This document shows positions 27,158 through 35,574 of a stretch of DNA of 37,043 nucleotides, piece by piece; the first letter of the stretch is position 1, and each line of letters opens with the position of its first letter. Position numbers and translations under genes: made by a program. This DNA is from Clostridia bacterium. GTDB taxonomy: Bacteria > Bacillota > Peptococcia > Peptococcales > BICA1-8. Under the pieces are notes generated by a model. That model ran no database searches. It was given only the letters and a program-made list of their open reading frames with translations, and was not told the origin of the DNA. The stretch lies in assembly GCA_012800195.1 (NCBI GenBank), contig JAAZJU010000123.1:1-37043 (forward strand), given 5' to 3'.

Positions 27158-28369
27158 ATGGCTTTAATCGTTAAAAAATTTGGTGGTAGTTCTGTAGCAG
27201 ATGCCACAAAAATAAAGAAAGTTGCTCAAATAATTAATAATAGGGTTAATGAAGGAAATAAGGTGGTAGTGGTGGTCTCAGCTCAAGGAAATACCACTGA
27301 TGAATTAATTGCGCTAGCTAGAGAAGTCAATCCTAAACCATCGGCTCGAGAAATGGATATGCTCTTAGCTACTGGGGAACAAATTTCCATCGCTCTCTTA
27401 GCTATGGCCTTAGATGCCATCAATATTCCAGTGATTTCCTTAACAGGGCCTCAAGTAGGTATTGTAACCGATACCGAACATACTAAAGCCAGAATTAAAG
27501 GAATTGAAACTAGTAGAATAGATAAAGAATTGAATGAAAATAAAGTAGTAATTGTGGCCGGCTTCCAAGGAAGAGATGATCAAAATGAAATATACACCTT
27601 GGGTAGAGGTGGTTCTGATACAACTGCTGTTGCTTTAGCAGCAGCGCTTAAAGCCGATATTTGTGAAATATATACCGATGTAGATGGTATTTATACCTGT
27701 GATCCCAGGGTTGTCCCTGAAGCTTCTAAGCTAGCCGAAATCACCTATGATGAAATGTTAGAATTAGCAAGTCTAGGGGCCAAAGTTTTACACCCAAGAG
27801 CAGTGGAGTTAGCGAAACTATATAAAGTACCTTTATGTGTAAGATCTAGCTTTATAAATAAGGAGGGAACCTTCGTGGTAGAAAATTTAGAAAAAGAAAT
27901 AGTAGTAACTGGAGTTGCTTATGATTTAAATGTGGCTAAAATAGGTCTTTTTGATGTTCCTGACCAACCGGGCATAGCCAGTAAAATTTTTAATACTTTA
28001 GCGAAAGCTAAAGTAAATGTGGACATGATAGTACAAAGTGCTATGCGCAATAACTTAAATGATATTGCTTTTACTATCCCTAGAAGTGATTTAGATACTG
28101 CATTAGAATTAATGAAAAAGACTGGAGAAGCAATGAAGGTTTCCGATGTGGTTTTTGATGACAAAGTAGCTAAAGTATCAATAGTTGGTGCTGGAATGAT
28201 TAGCTCTCCAGGTGTTGCAGCTAAAATGTTTGATGTCTTAGCTAATGAAGGTATCAACCTAGAAATGATTAGTACCTCCGAAATTAAAGTTTCCTGTATT
28301 ATTAAAGAAGAAGATGCAATTAAAGCAACCCAAGTTTTGCATAAAGCCTTTGAATTAGATAAGATATAA
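27158..28369 (+). CDS. Aspartate kinase (monofunctional, two C-terminal ACT domains)
   Basis: It has VKKFGGSSV, GRGGSDTTA, and tandem ACT repeats at the C-terminus. The length is 403 aa. Confidence 0.95.
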   Translation: MALIVKKFGGSSVADATKIKKVAQIINNRVNEGNKVVVVVSAQGNTTDELIALAREVNPKPSAREMDMLLATGEQISIALLAMALDAINIPVISLTGPQVGIVTDTEHTKARIKGIETSRIDKELNENKVVIVAGFQGRDDQNEIYTLGRGGSDTTAVALAAALKADICEIYTDVDGIYTCDPRVVPEASKLAEITYDEMLELASLGAKVLHPRAVELAKLYKVPLCVRSSFINKEGTFVVENLEKEIVVTGVAYDLNVAKIGLFDVPDQPGIASKIFNTLAKAKVNVDMIVQSAMRNNLNDIAFTIPRSDLDTALELMKKTGEAMKVSDVVFDDKVAKVSIVGAGMISSPGVAAKMFDVLANEGINLEMISTSEIKVSCIIKEEDAIKATQVLHKAFELDKI

Positions 28370-28383
28370 CAAGTACAGCTTTT

Positions 28384-28413
28384 AGCCATCCAAAATTTGG
28401 ATGGCTTTGTATT
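28384..28413 (+). terminator. Terminator after the aspartate kinase gene
   Basis: AGCCATCC/GGATGGCT forms a perfect 8-bp stem around the loop aaaattt. The interrupted T-tract TTGTATT follows. Confidence 0.55.
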
Positions 28414-28436
28414 GGCCATAGGAGGTAGAATAAAAA

Positions 28437-28586
28437 ATGCAAAAAACAACAAGATATGCACTACTTTTTGTTGCGGCACTTGCAGGAGGAATGGCTTTAA
28501 AGAATGTTTTTAGTTCCTCAACGATAGTTGTATTAGGTCTATTAATAGGCCTTCTGGCAGGGGCTACTATGTCCAGAAGGAGATAG
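28437..28586 (+). CDS. Unlisted small ORF encoding a 49-aa putative membrane peptide (MQKTTRYALLFVAALAGGMALKNVFSSSTIVVLGLLIGLLAGATMSRRR)
   Basis: It falls below the ORF-track length cutoff. A GGAGG RBS at 28421-28425 lies 11 nt upstream of the ATG. Two hydrophobic segments are flanked by basic termini. It sits between a terminator and the next promoter. Confidence 0.4.
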   Translation: MQKTTRYALLFVAALAGGMALKNVFSSSTIVVLGLLIGLLAGATMSRRR

Positions 28587-28593
28587 AATTAAT

Positions 28594-28635
28594 TTCAAAT
28601 TATTATTAATCTTGATATAATAAGATCAATAATAA
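28594..28635 (+). promoter_or_regulatory. Extended -10 promoter overlapped by a 13/14 palindrome (candidate operator) upstream of the formamidase-family gene
   Basis: TTCAAA lies at 28594-28599 and TGaTATAAT at 28613-28621, with a 16-nt spacer. The arms TTATTATTAATCTT (28600-28613) and AAGATCAATAATAA (28622-28635) are reverse complements with one mismatch. They bracket the -10 element. Confidence 0.45.
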
Positions 28636-28664
28636 TTACTAATTACAGGAAGGGAAGTGTTAAA

Positions 28665-29558
28665 ATGACTTACAAGATATCAATTGATAATCATATCTTT
28701 AGCTTTTCGAAGGAGAATGAACCTGTTCTTTTTGTTAAATCGGGGGATGAAATAGAAATTGAAACAATGGATTGTTTTGCTAATCAAATTAAAACAGATG
28801 CTGATAAGTTAGAAACCTTGAACTGGGATAGAGTTAATCCCGCAACTGGCCCCATCTACATTGAAGAAGCTCAAGCTGGTGATACTTTAAAGGTTACTAT
28901 TAAAAAAATACAAATAGATGGTACAGCTGTTGTAGCTACTGGAAAAGACTTAGGTGTTTTGGGACATAAAATGGAATCCCTTTACTCCAAAGTTCTCAAG
29001 ATTAAAGACGAAAAGGTTGTTTTTAATGAAAATATCAATTTCCCTGTTAATCCAATGATAGGTGTAATAGGGGTAGCCCCAGAAGAGGGTAGTATAAATT
29101 GTGGAACACCAGGATCCCATGGGGGAAATATGGATACCAAACTAATTAGTGAGGGGTCAGTTTTATATCTACCTGTATTTACAGAAGGAGCTCTATTTGC
29201 TCTAGGAGATTTACATGCAGCTATGGGAGATGGGGAAATAGGAGTATCAGGTGTAGAAGTAGCGGGTAAGGTAACAGTAAAATTAGAGGTACTTAAGAAT
29301 AAAAGCATTACCAATCCAATAGTTAAAACCAATGATGTTACTGCAACAATCGCTTCAGCTCCTACTTTGGACGAAGCAGTTACTATAGCTACTGAAAATA
29401 TGGCTAAACTCTTAAAAGAGAGCCTCTCTTTATCTATTGAAGAAATAGCAACTTTAATGAGTGCCGTAGGCAATGTGCAAGTTTGCCAGGTAGTGGATCC
29501 TGAAAAAACCGCTCGTTTCGCCATACCCAATATAATCTTAGAAGCAAAAGAAATATAA
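28665..29558 (+). CDS. Acetamidase/formamidase-family (FmdA/AmdA-like) protein
   Basis: NPATGPIYIEEAQAGDTL.V, GNMD, LFALGDLHAAMGDGE and G.E are typical of this family. The length is 297 aa. Confidence 0.8.
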   Translation: MTYKISIDNHIFSFSKENEPVLFVKSGDEIEIETMDCFANQIKTDADKLETLNWDRVNPATGPIYIEEAQAGDTLKVTIKKIQIDGTAVVATGKDLGVLGHKMESLYSKVLKIKDEKVVFNENINFPVNPMIGVIGVAPEEGSINCGTPGSHGGNMDTKLISEGSVLYLPVFTEGALFALGDLHAAMGDGEIGVSGVEVAGKVTVKLEVLKNKSITNPIVKTNDVTATIASAPTLDEAVTIATENMAKLLKESLSLSIEEIATLMSAVGNVQVCQVVDPEKTARFAIPNIILEAKEI

Positions 29559-29632
29559 TTTGCAAAAAAATATTTGAAAGAATTGGCTTTTAAACTATAA
29601 ATCAAATAAAGGCACAAATTGGAGGCATAATA

Positions 29633-30121
29633 GTGAATGGAAACAGACAGAAACAGACTATTGAATTCAGGCATGTGACTGGACAAAACATGATAGAGGA
29701 AATTAAACAGCTTTTTTTGGAATATATTAACTCTTTAAAGGTGGATCTTACCTTTCAAGATGTGGAAACAGAGCTTAAGACTTTACCAGGAAAGTATGCT
29801 CCACCCAATGGAGTTTTAATATTAGCTTTAATTAACGGTAAAGAAGCAGGGTGTGTTGCCCTTCGTAAGATTTCTGATAATGTTTGTGAAATGAAAAGGC
29901 TATATGTCCGTGATGAATTTAGAGGTTTAGGAATAGGTAAGAATCTTGTTTCAAAAGTAATTAAAGAAGCCAAAGGACTAAACTATCAATATATTAGGCT
30001 TGATACCCTTCCAACCATGAAAAATGCACAAAGCTTGTATGAAATGTTTGGATTCTACGATATTGAGCCTTATATATATAATCCAATTAAGGGAACAAGA
30101 TTCTTAGAACTAAAATTATAA
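29633..30121 (+). CDS. GNAT-family N-acetyltransferase
   Basis: The acetyl-CoA binding motif is LYVRDEFRGLGIGKNLV (R/Q-x-x-G-x-G/A). The start is GTG with a GGAGG 7 nt upstream. Confidence 0.85.
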   Translation: MNGNRQKQTIEFRHVTGQNMIEEIKQLFLEYINSLKVDLTFQDVETELKTLPGKYAPPNGVLILALINGKEAGCVALRKISDNVCEMKRLYVRDEFRGLGIGKNLVSKVIKEAKGLNYQYIRLDTLPTMKNAQSLYEMFGFYDIEPYIYNPIKGTRFLELKL

Positions 30122-30167
30122 GAAGCTACTAAATTACGCCGAAACACTCTCCAGAAAACTTAACTAT

Positions 30168-30204
30168 ACCGCAAACAAAGGCTTTTGTTGGCGGTTTTTA
30201 TTTT
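30168..30204 (+). terminator. Rho-independent terminator after the GNAT gene
   Basis: The stem accgcaaacaaa/ttttgttggcggt has one mismatch. TTTTATTTT follows. Confidence 0.7.
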
Positions 30205-30215
30205 AGGAGGTAGAT

Positions 30216-30659
30216 ATGATTAGTTTCTTTTGGCCTATTATTGTTGTTGTTATAGCAAATACTCTCTATAATATCAGTGCAAAATTAACACCTAATGAAG
30301 TACACTCTTTTGCATCTCTTTTTATAACTTATTTAGCAGCTGCTTTATTATCTATACTATTATTCTTTATTACCAGTGGGGATAAGAATTTAATCGCTGA
30401 AATTCAAAAAACAAATTGGACTGCTCTAGCCTTGGGATTTTCAATAGTTGCCTTGGAATTCGGTTACATTTTTATTTATCGAGTAGGGTGGAATGTTAGT
30501 ACAGGTTCTCTTGTAGCTAATATCAGTCTAGCATGTGTCTTGTTATTTATCGGTGTCTTTATCTATAAAGAGAGCATCTCGTTTAAGCAGATTTTTGGAG
30601 TAGTTTTATGTATAATTGGTCTCATACTAGTCACTAATAATTCATTACTAAGTAAATAG
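30216..30659 (+). CDS. Small EamA-like (DMT superfamily, single-domain) membrane protein
   Basis: It is 147 aa with about five hydrophobic helices and a half-size EamA-type pattern. A strong AGGAGG RBS is present. Confidence 0.55.
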   Translation: MISFFWPIIVVVIANTLYNISAKLTPNEVHSFASLFITYLAAALLSILLFFITSGDKNLIAEIQKTNWTALALGFSIVALEFGYIFIYRVGWNVSTGSLVANISLACVLLFIGVFIYKESISFKQIFGVVLCIIGLILVTNNSLLSK

Positions 30660-30660
30660 G

Positions 30661-30727
30661 AAGGGGGACGGAGCTATTGACATCTTATCCTAGGTATAAT
30701 GTCAATAAACTTGTCCCTTTATTTTTT
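30661..30727 (+). terminator. Compound (nested) hairpin terminator
   Basis: The outer stem is GGGAC/GTCCC (30665-30669 with 30713-30717). The inner perfect 9-bp stem is TATTGACAT/ATGTCAATA (30675-30683 with 30699-30707). TTTATTTTTT follows. Confidence 0.5.
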
Positions 30728-30878
30728 AACCATAGATTCAACATTAATTTGTAAAAGTTTTTTAAAGGTTTTTAAATATAGAGTATATAGGGTATAAATT
30801 ACTTGAAATGACAACAATAATATTGACTGTAGCAGATATACCATTTTTAAAATTTTTCTAAAAAGAGGGAGTGATTAG

Positions 30879-32825
30879 ATGAATTTTGAATCAACTTTCA
30901 AGCCTATGTACATTGGTAAAATGCTGGTAAAAAATAGATTGGTAGTGCCAGCTATGGATTCGGCAATGTGTGAGGAAGATGGTACAATCGGGAAAATGGC
31001 CTGTGATTACTATGGATCAAGAGCAAAGGGTGGATTTGGTCTAATAATTACAGAAATTGCCGCAGTTGATGAAAGGGCTCCTGGCATGCCCGGTCAACCA
31101 AGATTATATTCTGATGAGTACATACCTGGTCTAAAAAGCTTAGCTAAAGCCATCCACACTGGTGGTGCGAAAGCTATTGTTCAACTTCATCATGCTGGTC
31201 GGGAAACTACTTCACAAATGATAGGCCAGACTCCAACGGCTCCATCTTCTATACCTTCCGTTGTTTACCGTGAAAAAGTCAATGAGTATACTACCGAACA
31301 AGTTTATGAATTAATTGATTCATATATTCAATCAGCAGTTAGATGTAAAATAGCAGGTTTTGATGGTATTGAATTCCATAGTGCCCATGGATATATGGGA
31401 CTACAATTTCTGAGTCCTCGTACCAATAAAAGAATTGATGAATTTGGCGGTGGAGTTGCAGGTAGATCTTATTTTCATAAATTAGTAATCGAGGGGATTC
31501 GCAGAGAATGTGGTGAAGATTTTGCTATTATTGTCCGTCTAGATTCTATTGAAGGCAGAGCTGGAGGTATTGAAGAAGGGGAAGCAGTGGTTTTTGCTAG
31601 ATTAATGGAGTCCTATGGTGCTGATGCCATCAATGTTTCTGCTGGAACCTATGCTTCTTGGGAAGTTATTGTTCCACCTACAGCCTGGGAAGAAGGCTGG
31701 AACTGGCGTATCTGCAGAAGAATAAAGGAAGCTGTCAATATTCCTGTGATGTTAGCTGGTAGATTTACTGATCCTTTTATCATTGAACAATCCATTGAAA
31801 GAGGAGATACAGACTTTGTTTGTTTAGGGCGTCAATCCATTGCTGACCCAGAATTTCCTAATAAAATGGCAGGGGGAGCTATTGAAGACATCGTACCCTG
31901 TGTTGGCTGTACCCAAAGATGTATGTCATTTAATGACCATGATACATTACAAGAAGGAGATTGGGGAGTTTCCTGTATCTTCAACCCTATGAGTAATAAT
32001 CGTAAAGATGTTCAATATACCTCCACAGATAATCCCAAAAAAGTAATGGTCGTCGGTGCTGGTGTAGCTGGTCTGGAAGCAGCCTGGATTGCTGCTGAAC
32101 GCGGTCATAATGTAACCTTATATGAAAAAAATGGTGAGAACAGAGTAGGGGGACAATTTCTAATTGCTGCCTATCCACCCTATAAACAAGAGTTGATTAG
32201 GCCCATTAAACATTATAAACATATGTGTGAAAAGTATGGAGTAAAGATGGTTTATAATAAAATAGTGGATACGGATTTTATCAAAGCTGAAAAACCAGAT
32301 GTACTCATCGTGGCTACAGGAGCTACACCTTGTGCATTAAATATACCTGGCAATGATCAGGAAAATGTCTATATGTCCAATGATGTCTTAGTTGGGAATA
32401 AAATACTAGCTAACAGTGCCTTAGTGATTGGTGGTGGCATGGTGGGAGTAGAAACCGCTGAATTTTGCAGAGATTACTGTGAGCGAGTTGCAGTAGTTGA
32501 AATGAAAGAGGAAATTGCCACAGATTTATATATGACTGTCCGCGCTGATCTTCTAAATAGATTTAAAAAGGCGGGTATCGAAATATATACAAACACTAAA
32601 GTTGTACGCATTGAGGGTAACAATGTATATGCTGAACAAAATGGTCAAGAATTGGTCTTTGAAGGCTTTGACAACATTATTTTCGCAGTAGGTTCGAAAC
32701 CACATGTTCCTTTCGAAGATGTGGAAAATCTAGCTGAAGAGGTATATGTTATCGGAGATGCTAAAGAGGCTAGAAGTGCCTTAGAAGCAATTTATGAAGG
32801 TGCAAGAGTAGGCATGTCTATTTAA
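30879..32825 (+). CDS. Old-yellow-enzyme-family FMN oxidoreductase fused to an FAD/NAD(P)-binding domain (2-enoate reductase / 2,4-dienoyl-CoA reductase-like)
   Basis: It has an OYE TIM-barrel motif (HSAHGYMGLQFLSPRTNKR) and a Cys cluster (CVGCTQRCM). Two Rossmann motifs are present (VVGAGVAGLEAA and VIGGGMVGVETAEF). The length is 648 aa. Confidence 0.85.
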   Translation: MNFESTFKPMYIGKMLVKNRLVVPAMDSAMCEEDGTIGKMACDYYGSRAKGGFGLIITEIAAVDERAPGMPGQPRLYSDEYIPGLKSLAKAIHTGGAKAIVQLHHAGRETTSQMIGQTPTAPSSIPSVVYREKVNEYTTEQVYELIDSYIQSAVRCKIAGFDGIEFHSAHGYMGLQFLSPRTNKRIDEFGGGVAGRSYFHKLVIEGIRRECGEDFAIIVRLDSIEGRAGGIEEGEAVVFARLMESYGADAINVSAGTYASWEVIVPPTAWEEGWNWRICRRIKEAVNIPVMLAGRFTDPFIIEQSIERGDTDFVCLGRQSIADPEFPNKMAGGAIEDIVPCVGCTQRCMSFNDHDTLQEGDWGVSCIFNPMSNNRKDVQYTSTDNPKKVMVVGAGVAGLEAAWIAAERGHNVTLYEKNGENRVGGQFLIAAYPPYKQELIRPIKHYKHMCEKYGVKMVYNKIVDTDFIKAEKPDVLIVATGATPCALNIPGNDQENVYMSNDVLVGNKILANSALVIGGGMVGVETAEFCRDYCERVAVVEMKEEIATDLYMTVRADLLNRFKKAGIEIYTNTKVVRIEGNNVYAEQNGQELVFEGFDNIIFAVGSKPHVPFEDVENLAEEVYVIGDAKEARSALEAIYEGARVGMSI

Positions 32826-32831
32826 AATATA

Positions 32832-32872
32832 CAAAAAAAGGTAAAAGCTATCCAAGATGGATAGCTTTTACA
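32832..32872. terminator. Bidirectional terminator between convergent genes
   Basis: TAAAAGCTATCC/GGATAGCTTTTA forms a perfect 12-bp stem (32842-32853 with 32859-32870) around the loop aagat. An A7 run lies upstream, which reads as a T-run for the minus-strand rubrerythrin transcript. Confidence 0.8.
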
Positions 32873-32892
32873 CTGCAGTAAACTATATGCTC

Positions 32893-33483
32893 TTATTTAC
32901 CAGCAAATGATTCAGAGAAGGGCATGAAAAAACCTTGGGGATGTTCACAGACATTACAAACCTTTGGAGCCTCTTTGCCTACATGAATATTGCCGCATAC
33001 AGTACACATCCAGGCAATTTCTTCATCTCGTTTAAATATGATGCCATTTTCTATTTCATCAGCCAATCTACCAAACCTATCCCCATGGGTTTTTTCGATA
33101 TTTGCTATCCTCTGGAAAAGATGGGCTATTTCTAGAAAGCCCTCGTCTTGAGCTATTTTACCAAAGCCTTTATATACTTCATCCCATTCTTCCAATTCAT
33201 TATGCTGAGCTGCTCGCAGAGCCTTAATAGTATCATCATATAAATCAATAGGATATGCACCGGAAATACTTATATTATCTCCTGCATAATCCTTTAGCTT
33301 TTGATAAAAGACCTTACCATGTGATCTCTCTTGATCAGCAGTATAATCAAATATGTTTGCCACTACATGATAGCCTTCCTTTTTAGCAACCGCTGAGGCA
33401 ATATTATAACGATTTCTAGCCTGGCTTTCTCCTGCAAAGGCTCGCATTAAGTTTTCATATGTCTTGCTTCCTTTTAAAATCAT
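32893..33483 (-). CDS. rbr: Rubrerythrin
   Basis: It has an N-terminal ferritin-like di-iron domain (NLMRAFAGESQARNRY; E..H motifs). The C-terminal rubredoxin-like pairs CTVCG...CNVCEH are present. Confidence 0.9.
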   Translation of the reverse strand: MILKGSKTYENLMRAFAGESQARNRYNIASAVAKKEGYHVVANIFDYTADQERSHGKVFYQKLKDYAGDNISISGAYPIDLYDDTIKALRAAQHNELEEWDEVYKGFGKIAQDEGFLEIAHLFQRIANIEKTHGDRFGRLADEIENGIIFKRDEEIAWMCTVCGNIHVGKEAPKVCNVCEHPQGFFMPFSESFAGK

Positions 33484-33525
33484 GTTAAATTCTCCTTTAT
33501 AATTTTTTTTAATACAATAAGAATG

Positions 33526-34542
33526 CTAATTACTAGGTCCCATATTAAATTTAGGTGGTAGAGGTAAATATCCCTTTAACTTACCATATCTAATAAGATT
33601 TTCTACATACATTAATTCTTCGAATGTTAGTTTAATAAAATACGATCTTAAATCATCATTAGTTATTACCTCTGTAGCATATATGGCATGGAGAGTGGTG
33701 GCATTTTTTATTCCATCTAAAATTTCTGTATATAAAAATCTATCTTCTATCATTTCCGTTGTTTCAGGTTTTAATGTAATGTTGTTAAAAGGTTCTGGTA
33801 ATATTACCCCATAATTTAAAAGTTTTTTTTCCAAACTAGCTGCTTGATTTAATAGTATATTTAATCCTTCTTCAAAAATTAACTTAATATCAAGATCATT
33901 ACTAAAGCTAATAGCAATCTGTGTTAAACGAATATTAGTATACCTTGAATGTAGATGATCCCATAAATAGTGAATTTCATTTACCGCAACTTTTTCTTTT
34001 ATATTGGGCTGAAGATATTTATAGGCAGGAGGAATTGCAATCCATTCTTTTAGTTTTAAAAATTTTAAATAATTATCAAATATAGTTAGATTTGTTTTTA
34101 ATAACTTTTTAATTAGCTTGCGAATATTATCATTAAAAATTGCGTCTCTAATTGCTTGAGCTAGAATTGTAGTTTCAGCCCTTAAATAGCCAGAAAGTAA
34201 ATGAGATGATATTCTGTCTTTTTCAACCTCGGTGTTACCTATTATATTTACATCTATAACATTAGGTTGAGGGGGAGTGATTGAATACATTTCCATATAT
34301 TTTTCAACAATTTTGTTTTCTTTTTTAAATCTATTAATATTGGTTTCTAAAATTAATATATAGTCCTTATCATGAGCATAGTTTTTTATCGCATTTAATC
34401 GCTCCAGTATAATGTACCTATCAGCTAAGATTGCCCATAGAAAGTGTGCTTCCCTACAACTTAATTCAAGTTCTTCCTTTTGCGAATTCATACCAGGCAT
34501 TATTGCTGATTTGACATTTTCTAAGAGACCTTTTTTAGCCAT
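33526..34542 (-). CDS. Two-repeat DUF3231-like helical protein
   Basis: Internal duplication is visible. Both halves carry E-x-H-[FY]-LW-x-x-L-x-x-RY near their start and end in LK-[EG]-[WY]-x-x-x-PP-x-[YF] (KEWIAIPPAY and KGYLPLPPKF). The family name is from memory. Confidence 0.6.
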   Translation of the reverse strand: MAKKGLLENVKSAIMPGMNSQKEELELSCREAHFLWAILADRYIILERLNAIKNYAHDKDYILILETNINRFKKENKIVEKYMEMYSITPPQPNVIDVNIIGNTEVEKDRISSHLLSGYLRAETTILAQAIRDAIFNDNIRKLIKKLLKTNLTIFDNYLKFLKLKEWIAIPPAYKYLQPNIKEKVAVNEIHYLWDHLHSRYTNIRLTQIAISFSNDLDIKLIFEEGLNILLNQAASLEKKLLNYGVILPEPFNNITLKPETTEMIEDRFLYTEILDGIKNATTLHAIYATEVITNDDLRSYFIKLTFEELMYVENLIRYGKLKGYLPLPPKFNMGPSN

Positions 34543-34652
34543 GTATAATGCACCTCTTTTTCTAGCTCACTTCTAATTTAGTTTAAACTAATCTATTGAA
34601 GAATATACCTCCGAAGCCAGAGTCTATTTTAGGTGCATTCCAATTATTATTT

Positions 34653-35177
34653 TTACAACCTGTAGGCAGGGGGAGATTTTACCCAGCCTTTCAATATTCC
34701 ATATTCAATATAATCACTATATAACTCCATTTCATTAGTTAGGAATTCTTGAAACATAGATCTAATCATTGATGAAGTGCAGTGAGTAAATGCTATTATC
34801 AGGGTAGGCATATATGATTGCATTCCAGCTAAAGTGTTAGTATAAATATATTCATCTGTTATAACTTCAGTTTCGAAAATACTTAGCGGATTTTCCGAAG
34901 GTTTTTTGACTGTAGGAATTCCATAATCTACAGCAATAGTTTCCAATTTTTCTATCTCTTTTTGTAAAAACTTTACCCCTTGTTGTAAGATAAGTTTTAA
35001 ATCTGTATCTTGAGCAAAATTTACAAGAATTTTAGTTGTTTCAATGGTCTGATATCTACTGGTCAAAATGTCCCAAAGATATCCTACCTCTAAAACATTA
35101 AGTTGCTTTTGTCGATCTCTACGGGATTTATTAGATGCATTTTTTTGCTCAATTCCTTCTAGAATTTTAGATAACAT
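34653..35177 (-). CDS. Single-repeat DUF3231-like helical protein, a paralog of each half of the downstream gene
   Basis: It has LEVGYLWDILTSRYQTI...DTDLKLI...YGIP...LKGWVKSPPAYRL. I prefer the ATG at 35177 because the GTG at 35186 is itself part of the GAGGTGA RBS. Confidence 0.6.
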   Translation of the reverse strand: MLSKILEGIEQKNASNKSRRDRQKQLNVLEVGYLWDILTSRYQTIETTKILVNFAQDTDLKLILQQGVKFLQKEIEKLETIAVDYGIPTVKKPSENPLSIFETEVITDEYIYTNTLAGMQSYMPTLIIAFTHCTSSMIRSMFQEFLTNEMELYSDYIEYGILKGWVKSPPAYRL

Positions 35178-35319
35178 CTGAATCACCTCAAATGCTTTTT
35201 TATAGTATGTGAATTAAGGAATATAATTAATCTTAAAGGAAACTTTTTATGTCAACATATTTACAAAAATGGGAAGAAATAGAAAGCGAGCTACTTCTAG
35301 TAGCTCACTAAGACTTTTG

Positions 35320-35328
35320 TGATATAAT
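35320..35328 (+). promoter_or_regulatory. Candidate extended -10 promoter (TGaTATAAT) for the Cys-rich ORF / acyltransferase pair
   Basis: TGATATAAT lies at 35320-35328. The -35 region is poor and overlaps a perfect 7-bp hairpin, GAGCTAC/GTAGCTC. Confidence 0.3.
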
Positions 35329-35358
35329 CCTATATGTTAAAATAGATTAAATTAAATA

Positions 35359-35568
35359 TTGAATATGAAAGGTTGGATTTTTTTGTCTAATATAACGATG
35401 TGTATTCTAGATGAAACTAAGATTTGTGATCAATGCCAAGATTGCTTGATTTGTTCTATAGATCCTAATAAAAAATGCGATAATTGCTGCGCCTGTCTCG
35501 ATGAAAGTGATAAAGATTATGAAACCATTTTTATTGAGGAAATTATCATAGATGAGAATGTAAGGTGA
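35359..35568 (+). CDS. Cys-rich small protein with an acidic C-terminal tail; the start codon is uncertain
   Basis: Eight cysteines occur in CDQCQDCLIC...CDNCCAC. The stop TGA lies inside the RBS (AAGGTGA) of the downstream gene. Candidate starts are 35359 (TTG), 35365 (ATG), 35383 (TTG) and 35398 (ATG). None has a strong SD. Confidence 0.45.
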   Translation: MNMKGWIFLSNITMCILDETKICDQCQDCLICSIDPNKKCDNCCACLDESDKDYETIFIEEIIIDENVR

Positions 35569-35574
35569 ACATTG

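Noticed and set aside
28982-29686. 234-aa minus-strand ORF, plus similar long antisense ORFs at 27919-28479, 24922-25377, 6899-7246 and others in the track
   Set aside because: Each lies entirely antisense to a well-supported, motif-bearing gene. They have Ser/Leu/Thr/Ile-rich low-complexity translations and no RBS. These are typical shadow ORFs in AT-rich DNA.
30677-30700. TTGACA and TATAAT hexamers that look like a strong promoter
   Set aside because: The spacer is only 12 nt. Both hexamers are parts of the stem and loop of the nested terminator hairpin.
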